64,000 nucleotides of DNA, taken from Firmicutes bacterium UBA5509. Its GTDB lineage: Bacteria; Bacillota; Proteinivoracia; UBA4975. Where the stretch lies: the NCBI GenBank assembly GCA_002423965.1, contig DIOR01000006.1:21165-85164 (forward strand), read 5' to 3'. The position numbers and the translations under genes were made by a program. Of the stretch, positions 58,712 to 64,000 are shown one piece after another; the first letter of the stretch is position 1; each line of letters starts with the position of its first letter. The notes beneath the pieces were generated by a model, which worked only from the letters and a program-made list of their open reading frames with translations, did no database searches and was not told the DNA's origin.

Positions 58712-60466
58712 TCACTTTTCTAGGTCAAAGTAGAAATCAATAATATCCCGGGCAACTTCGATACTCCGACTTCCCGCCCCAGCATATTCCATGAAGACAA
58801 CGATAGCTATTTCGGGATCATCGTAAGGAGCATATCCCACCCACCAAGAATGGGTATCTCGCCATCTATCCTTATTTTTGCGGTTGGAGCGATCATGTTC
58901 GGCGGAACCGGTTTTTCCAGCAACGGCAAAGGGAAGATCTTTTAAAAATTTTGAGCTAGCCGCAGACTGCTGCATTCCCTCCCGAATTACCTTTAGGCTT
59001 TCCGGGGAAAAATCTTGCTGGTCAAGAATCTGGGGTTCAAAAAAATCAACAGTTTCGCCCTGATAGTCGGTTACCTTTTCCACCAGGTAGGGTTTGTAGT
59101 GGGTGCCACCATTGGCCAGCATGGAGACATAGTTGCCCATCTGCATGGCGGTAAATTCGTTAAGCTGTCCATATGAAATCTGCACTGTATGGCCGCCAAC
59201 CCAAGTGCGACCTAAGCGGTAGTCTAGAGAACTGACCTGCTCATCCAGGGAAATGTCATCAAACCCGGCATTTTTCTGCGCCCTAGACATGCCAAACTTC
59301 TCAATATATTCGTAAATCTTTTCCGAACCTAGGCGTGACCCTACAGTGGCAAAATAAATATTACTAGAAACAGCTAGAGCCCGACGCATATCGACATTGC
59401 CGTGAACAGCATAGCCATAGTCATTGACATGCTGATTGTTGATGCGAGTTCTCCCCCCGGCATAAATCTTTTCCCTAGCAGTGATGACGCCAGTTTCAAG
59501 ACCTGCCAGGCCTGTCACCATTTTAAAGGTTGAGCCAACGGTGCGTCGGTATTGGTAAGTCCTATCTGTAAGCTTCTTGGCCCAATCTGGCATTTCCTCA
59601 GGAATATTTTCTGCCCACCAGATTTTGTCGTAACGATGATTGTTATCAAAGCTGGGCTCGGTGACCTGAGCCAGTATTTTGCCAGTATTGGGATCCATAA
59701 TCAAGACAGCCCCAGCCCAGGCATGATTAGCCTTGCCTTCATCTCGCAACCGCTGCAGCACCCGGCGCAATGATTCCTGGGCCGCCTGTTGCAATCTAGT
59801 ATCTATGGTTAAATGAAGGTTGTCCCCGGGAATTGCTGAAGTACTGTTGACAGGATCCCCCACTTGTCGGTTATCTACATTGACCTGGACAACACTAAAG
59901 CCGTCTATCCCCTGGAGATATTCATCCCAACTTCTTTCCAAGCCTTCGACGCCTCTGCGGTCAATTTTATTAACTCTGCCCAAGGGGTGTGCCAGCAAAT
60001 CTTTCTCGGGATAATAGCGCTGGGGATCAACTTGGATGACTAAGCTAGGCATAAGGTGACGGTTTTCTTCCAGCTGCAAGACTGTTTCAAAGTCAACATC
60101 GGTGGCAATTATAGCGGGCTCAAATTTACGTCGATGCTTTGATAGTTTTTCCTCAATTGCATTAGGTTCAATATCTAGAAAACCAGCCAGCTGAATTATT
60201 GTCTGTTCCCGCCTGTCTTTATTCTGCTCATCAGCCAAGGCGACAACATAGGTGGGAACACTGGAAGCAAGCTCAACACCATTGGCGCTATAAATCCTTC
60301 CCCGGGGAGCTAGTTCAACCAAGTGGCGAAAGCGATTATTATCAGCCACATTAGCCCATTCTTCTCCTTCGATGATCTGAATTTTAAATAAGTTAAAAAT
60401 GAGCACGGCTAAAATCAGGACACATACTATTTTCAGTAGCCTAATCCGCCATAATGTAGAGTTCAT
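58712..60466 (-). CDS. mrdA: Penicillin-binding protein 2 (elongasome transpeptidase)
   Basis: N-terminal transmembrane helix, dimerisation domain, transpeptidase motifs STFK, SSN, KTG. Confidence 0.9.
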   Translation of the reverse strand: MNSTLWRIRLLKIVCVLILAVLIFNLFKIQIIEGEEWANVADNNRFRHLVELAPRGRIYSANGVELASSVPTYVVALADEQNKDRREQTIIQLAGFLDIEPNAIEEKLSKHRRKFEPAIIATDVDFETVLQLEENRHLMPSLVIQVDPQRYYPEKDLLAHPLGRVNKIDRRGVEGLERSWDEYLQGIDGFSVVQVNVDNRQVGDPVNSTSAIPGDNLHLTIDTRLQQAAQESLRRVLQRLRDEGKANHAWAGAVLIMDPNTGKILAQVTEPSFDNNHRYDKIWWAENIPEEMPDWAKKLTDRTYQYRRTVGSTFKMVTGLAGLETGVITAREKIYAGGRTRINNQHVNDYGYAVHGNVDMRRALAVSSNIYFATVGSRLGSEKIYEYIEKFGMSRAQKNAGFDDISLDEQVSSLDYRLGRTWVGGHTVQISYGQLNEFTAMQMGNYVSMLANGGTHYKPYLVEKVTDYQGETVDFFEPQILDQQDFSPESLKVIREGMQQSAASSKFLKDLPFAVAGKTGSAEHDRSNRKNKDRWRDTHSWWVGYAPYDDPEIAIVVFMEYAGAGSRSIEVARDIIDFYFDLEK

Positions 60467-60966
60467 CTCTTCACCTCCAGTACTGATTCTAGCTTATCAC
60501 CCGGGTGCCGAAGTTTTAAGATAATCAAAAACAGAGCATATAGTATAAGGTTGGATAGCAAATTAATCCCCACATTAATTTGCAAAGCTGGACCTAAATT
60601 GGGGATTCCCTGTATATAAAGAATAAATGCCATGATAATGTCCTGAATCAGAGTAGCGGCTATAAGTCTTAAGCCCCCTGTCAGGATATAGGTATCGAAA
60701 ATCTCATATTTGATCTCTAAAACAAGAATCATACTGATAAAGTTTAAAAGCATAAAGAGGCCAAGAACTTCTCCCAAAAGAATATCTTGAACCAATCCTG
60801 TCCATAGAGCAGCAGTCAGCAAAAACTTGCGCTCCTTGCCCAGAGAGGCCACCACCAGGTAGACAAGAGCGGGAGAAAGTGGCAACCAAGGGAAAATAAA
60901 AGGCAATAATGTACTTTGTAGAATCATCAGACCAGTGAGCCCAAGTAATGAAAGTACATACTTCAT
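60463..60966 (-). CDS. mreD: Rod shape-determining protein MreD
   Basis: Small polytopic membrane protein directly after mreC. Confidence 0.8.
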   Translation of the reverse strand: MKYVLSLLGLTGLMILQSTLLPFIFPWLPLSPALVYLVVASLGKERKFLLTAALWTGLVQDILLGEVLGLFMLLNFISMILVLEIKYEIFDTYILTGGLRLIAATLIQDIIMAFILYIQGIPNLGPALQINVGINLLSNLILYALFLIILKLRHPGDKLESVLEVKR

Positions 60967-60968
60967 CG

Positions 60969-61826
60969 CTAATTTCCTCCAGAAGAAGGATCATCAACGG
61001 GAGAATTATAATTAATAATAATTAACACTTCTTCCAGCCGTTCGAAATCCACCTCGGGGCGAACAAGTGCAGACCGTTCAAGGGATACAGGATCATCATA
61101 AACCTCCACAACCCGACCGATAGCAATCCCCTTAGGGTAAATGCCGGTAAGGGGCGAGGAAATAATTACGTCTCCATCTTGAATATCAGCGTATTGGTTC
61201 AGGCGAGTGATGCGAGTATAGCCGATGGGATTAGACAAGCCAATAAGCACCCCATTGTCCCGGGTGCGTTGCACAATTGCACTGATTCCGCTAGAGGAGC
61301 TAATCAACAACTGCACTTTGGAGTGAGAAGGTTCGACTTCGACAACTTTGCCCACTAGTCCCTGGTTGGTAACCACAGGCATGTCCACTTTTATGCCATG
61401 TTTCACACCCTTGTCAATTGTAAGGGTGTGGAACCAGTTTGAGGGGTTGCGTCCGATGACTTGCGCCGGTAGCACTTGGTGATCAACTGCTTCTTGAAAT
61501 TTTAATAAATTCCGCAGTCGCAGGTTTTCCTGCTGAATCTCCAGTATCCGTAAATCTGTTCCAGAGTATTTGTCTAATTCTGCCCGCAGCTCTTGATTGT
61601 CATTGTATACATTACGGACATCACCAAAAAACTGCCAAGAATCAGCCAAGAAATTAGTGACTGCACTGGCAGCCTGTTGAAAGGGACGCAAGGCTTCTGC
61701 AGCCAAATGCTCCAAAAAGAGAATGCGCTGAGGATTATTAGTACTCCAGCTCATAATAATGCTGAGGAGGAGAACCACCACAATTGCGGACAATATCTTC
61801 TTCCGAGCTTTATGCCGATTTGACAA
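60969..61826 (-). CDS. mreC: Rod shape-determining protein MreC
   Basis: N-terminal transmembrane helix, coiled coil, two beta domains. Confidence 0.9.
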   Translation of the reverse strand: MSNRHKARKKILSAIVVVLLLSIIMSWSTNNPQRILFLEHLAAEALRPFQQAASAVTNFLADSWQFFGDVRNVYNDNQELRAELDKYSGTDLRILEIQQENLRLRNLLKFQEAVDHQVLPAQVIGRNPSNWFHTLTIDKGVKHGIKVDMPVVTNQGLVGKVVEVEPSHSKVQLLISSSSGISAIVQRTRDNGVLIGLSNPIGYTRITRLNQYADIQDGDVIISSPLTGIYPKGIAIGRVVEVYDDPVSLERSALVRPEVDFERLEEVLIIINYNSPVDDPSSGGN

Positions 61827-61851
61827 GGGCCTCCTCCTCCAATCTTAGTCT

Positions 61852-62880
61852 TTATCGACTTAAGGAAATGCGTTTAAGCAGGTTAAGCTGGTCCAAAACC
61901 TTGCCAGTACCCATGACGACACAGTCTAATGGGTTCTCGGCAACTACCACCGGCATGCCAGTCTCCTTGCTTATCATCCTATCGAAATTATTTAGCAAGG
62001 AACCGCCGCCGGTCATGACAACACCTTTATCCATTATATCCGCCGCCAATTCCGGCGGAGTTTTTTCTAAGGTAATCTTTATGGCCTCTAAAATAGCGGT
62101 AATAGTATCCTGCATGGCCACATTTATCTCGGCAGCAGTCAACTCCAAGGTTTTTGGTAGTCCTGAAACCATGTCTCGACCCCGCACAAGCATAGTAACT
62201 TTCTCCTGTTCCGGTAAAGCTGAACCAATGCTAATTTTAATATCTTCGGCGGTGCGCTCACCAATCATTAAGTTATACTTGCGCTTGATATAGTGGATAA
62301 TACTTTCATCCATGTCATCACCGCCAACCCTTATTGAACGGTGAGTAACAATACCACCCAGGGAGATGATTGCTGCGTCGGTAGTACCACCCCCCACATC
62401 CACAACCATACTGCCACAGGGCTCGGACACGGGTAAGCCTGCGCCGATGGCAGCCGCCATGGGCTCTTCAATGAGATGGACTTCCCTAGCTCCGGCTTGA
62501 ACCGATGCCTGCTTTACAGCCCGTTCTTCCACTGCTGTGACCCCGGAAGGTACGCATACTACTACGCGAGGTTTGCGCCTAAACCAGCTACGGCGATAAG
62601 CCTGAGTGATGAAGTGGCGGAGCATCTCCAGGGTAATGTCAAAATCGGCAATAACACCGTCCTTCATAGGTCTAATTGCCACAATGTTACCAGGGGTGCG
62701 GCCAATCATTTCCTTGGCCTCAGCTCCCACTGCCAGTACGATATCCTTGTCTCTGTTTTTCTGAATAGCGACTACCGATGGTTCTCTAAGAACAACGCCT
62801 TTTCCCTTTACATAGACGTAAGTATTCGCGGTTCCTAAATCAATGCCGATATCCTGGGTAAAAAGGTTAAGCATTCCCAA
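61852..62880 (-). CDS. mreB: Rod shape-determining protein MreB
   Basis: Actin-fold motifs [18 protein letters not shown]. Confidence 0.95.
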   Translation of the reverse strand: MGMLNLFTQDIGIDLGTANTYVYVKGKGVVLREPSVVAIQKNRDKDIVLAVGAEAKEMIGRTPGNIVAIRPMKDGVIADFDITLEMLRHFITQAYRRSWFRRKPRVVVCVPSGVTAVEERAVKQASVQAGAREVHLIEEPMAAAIGAGLPVSEPCGSMVVDVGGGTTDAAIISLGGIVTHRSIRVGGDDMDESIIHYIKRKYNLMIGERTAEDIKISIGSALPEQEKVTMLVRGRDMVSGLPKTLELTAAEINVAMQDTITAILEAIKITLEKTPPELAADIMDKGVVMTGGGSLLNNFDRMISKETGMPVVVAENPLDCVVMGTGKVLDQLNLLKRISLSR

Positions 62881-62950
62881 ATTCTGAAACTCCTTTCATG
62901 TCAAGACTGCATATCTTACTGAATTCTTTTTAGTTTGCCCTAGCTGAGCA

Positions 62951-63631
62951 TTATACATAGCCTTTTTCTTTAAGACTGGAAAAAACTCCATCACCGATGA
63001 CAAGATGATCTAAAACTTCAATGCCGACTAAGTGCCCGACCTCAACTAAGCGCCGAGTAATATTTATATCCTCCTGGCTAGGGGAGGGATCACCGCTGGG
63101 ATGGTTGTGGACTAGGATAATGGCGGCGGCGCTGCGTTTAATCGCCCGGGCAAATACTTCTCGAGGATGAACGATAGAAGAGTTAAGACTGCCCCTGGAA
63201 ATCTCTTCGCAAGAAATGATAATGTTCTTGGTGTTCAACAACAAAATCCGGAACTGTTCATGCTGCAGGTAGCGCAAATCCTCCATCACCCAGGCAGCAA
63301 CATCTTGCGGGGATTTGATGCGCACCACCTCAGAATCCTGCTGATTCAGGCGCCGGCCTAGTTCCAAGGCTGCTTTAATTTGGGCGGCCTTGACCTTGCC
63401 TACCCCGCGAGCTGCCTGACATAGTTCTTCAATGCCTGCATTATTAATGCCTCTTAGGTCCTTAAATTGGAACAATATTGATTCCGCCAATTGGATTGCA
63501 TTGGCGTCCCTGGAGCCGGTACGAATAATAATTGCCAAAAGCTCCTGTGCTGATAAAATTCCTGGACCATAACGGAGCAGCTTTTCCCGGGGACGCATAT
63601 CTGCAGGTATATCCTTAATGGTATACCGCAC
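62951..63631 (-). CDS. radC: RadC-like JAB-domain protein (UPF0758)
   Basis: HhH N-terminus and JAMM motif HNHPSGDPSPS. Start moved to a GTG near VRYTIKD to remove the overlap with maf. Confidence 0.85.
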   Translation of the reverse strand: MRYTIKDIPADMRPREKLLRYGPGILSAQELLAIIIRTGSRDANAIQLAESILFQFKDLRGINNAGIEELCQAARGVGKVKAAQIKAALELGRRLNQQDSEVVRIKSPQDVAAWVMEDLRYLQHEQFRILLLNTKNIIISCEEISRGSLNSSIVHPREVFARAIKRSAAAIILVHNHPSGDPSPSQEDINITRRLVEVGHLVGIEVLDHLVIGDGVFSSLKEKGYV

Positions 63632-63647
63632 AAGAATACCCCCTTTA

Positions 63648-64000
63648 CTACTTAGCCGCAAACAACCTGGCCACTGCAACTAAAGGTAAACCAACTACAT
63701 TATAATAACAGCCGTCGATACCGGCAATAAACTTCCCGGCAAGGCCTTGAATGCCATACCCTCCGGCTTTATCCAATCCTTCACCACTGCGAACATATTC
63801 TTCAATATCCTGGTCACTTAAATGTGCAAACAGCACTTTTGTAGTCACCACATCTTCAGCAACGACCACACCCTTTTCCCATAGAGAAATAGCAGTAATA
63901 ACAGCATGCCACTTCCCTGATAATTTCCGCAACATGGCGATATTGTCCGCCGGTGTAGCGGGCTTTCCATAAATCCTTGCCCCCAGGCAGACCACTGTAT
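63648..64000 (-). CDS. maf: Maf nucleoside-triphosphate pyrophosphatase (partial; 5' end beyond the window)
   Basis: C-terminal Maf motifs GKPA…AMLRKLSG…GGYGIQG. Synteny maf-radC-mreBCD. Confidence 0.8.
   Translation of the reverse strand, partial: TVVCLGARIYGKPATPADNIAMLRKLSGKWHAVITAISLWEKGVVVAEDVVTTKVLFAHLSDQDIEEYVRSGEGLDKAGGYGIQGLAGKFIAGIDGCYYNVVGLPLVAVARLFAAK

Overview
Essentially every gene in this 64-kb window is on the minus strand, and the content is a core chromosomal region of a spore-forming Firmicute, most likely a member of the Clostridia. Gene order closely follows the Bacillus subtilis yqe/yqf/yph neighbourhoods. The region contains spoIVA-gpsA-der, fni with an ispH::rpsA fusion, cmk, recO-era-cdd-dgkA-ybeY-yqfF-phoH-yqfD-yqfC, floA-nfeD, rpsU, mtaB-rsmE-prmA-dnaJ-dnaK-grpE-hrcA with a perfect CIRCE, and spoIIP-gpr with divergent rpsT. 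It then continues with holA-comEC, pyrR, comEA, rsfS-nadD-obg-rpmA-prp-rplU, a radical-SAM pair, a SpoIVFB-like M50 protease, rodA-mrdA-mreDCB-radC-maf. A tRNA-Pro(GGG) sits at the left edge and rpsU is missing from the ORF track. No CRISPR, IS element, prophage or integrase was seen. The observations most worth a second look are listed here. (1) A lower-GC, tRNA-adjacent accessory cluster (about 0.4-5.0 kb) encodes a YknXYZ-like ABC exporter plus two secreted proteins, and its lipoprotein gene is preceded by an anti-Shine-Dalgarno hairpin and a G9/C9 homopolymer tract. (2) A divergent orphan glyS-like gene follows recO with no glyQ. (3) A block of unknown-function genes (DUF512, tandem DUF3189 paralogues, capping subunit, YIEGIA, membrane protein) lies between der and fni/ispH-rpsA. 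(4) A hairpin-rich region of about 100 nt ending in a strong plus-strand intrinsic terminator has no plus-strand gene (candidate small RNA or bidirectional terminator) and lies upstream of the rplU promoter. (5) The era start is non-canonical or overlaps cdd. CDS coordinates come from the ORF track, which labels GTG/TTG starts as M, so many N-terminal extensions are artefacts. Hand-located RNA and regulatory coordinates are approximate to within about 2 nt.
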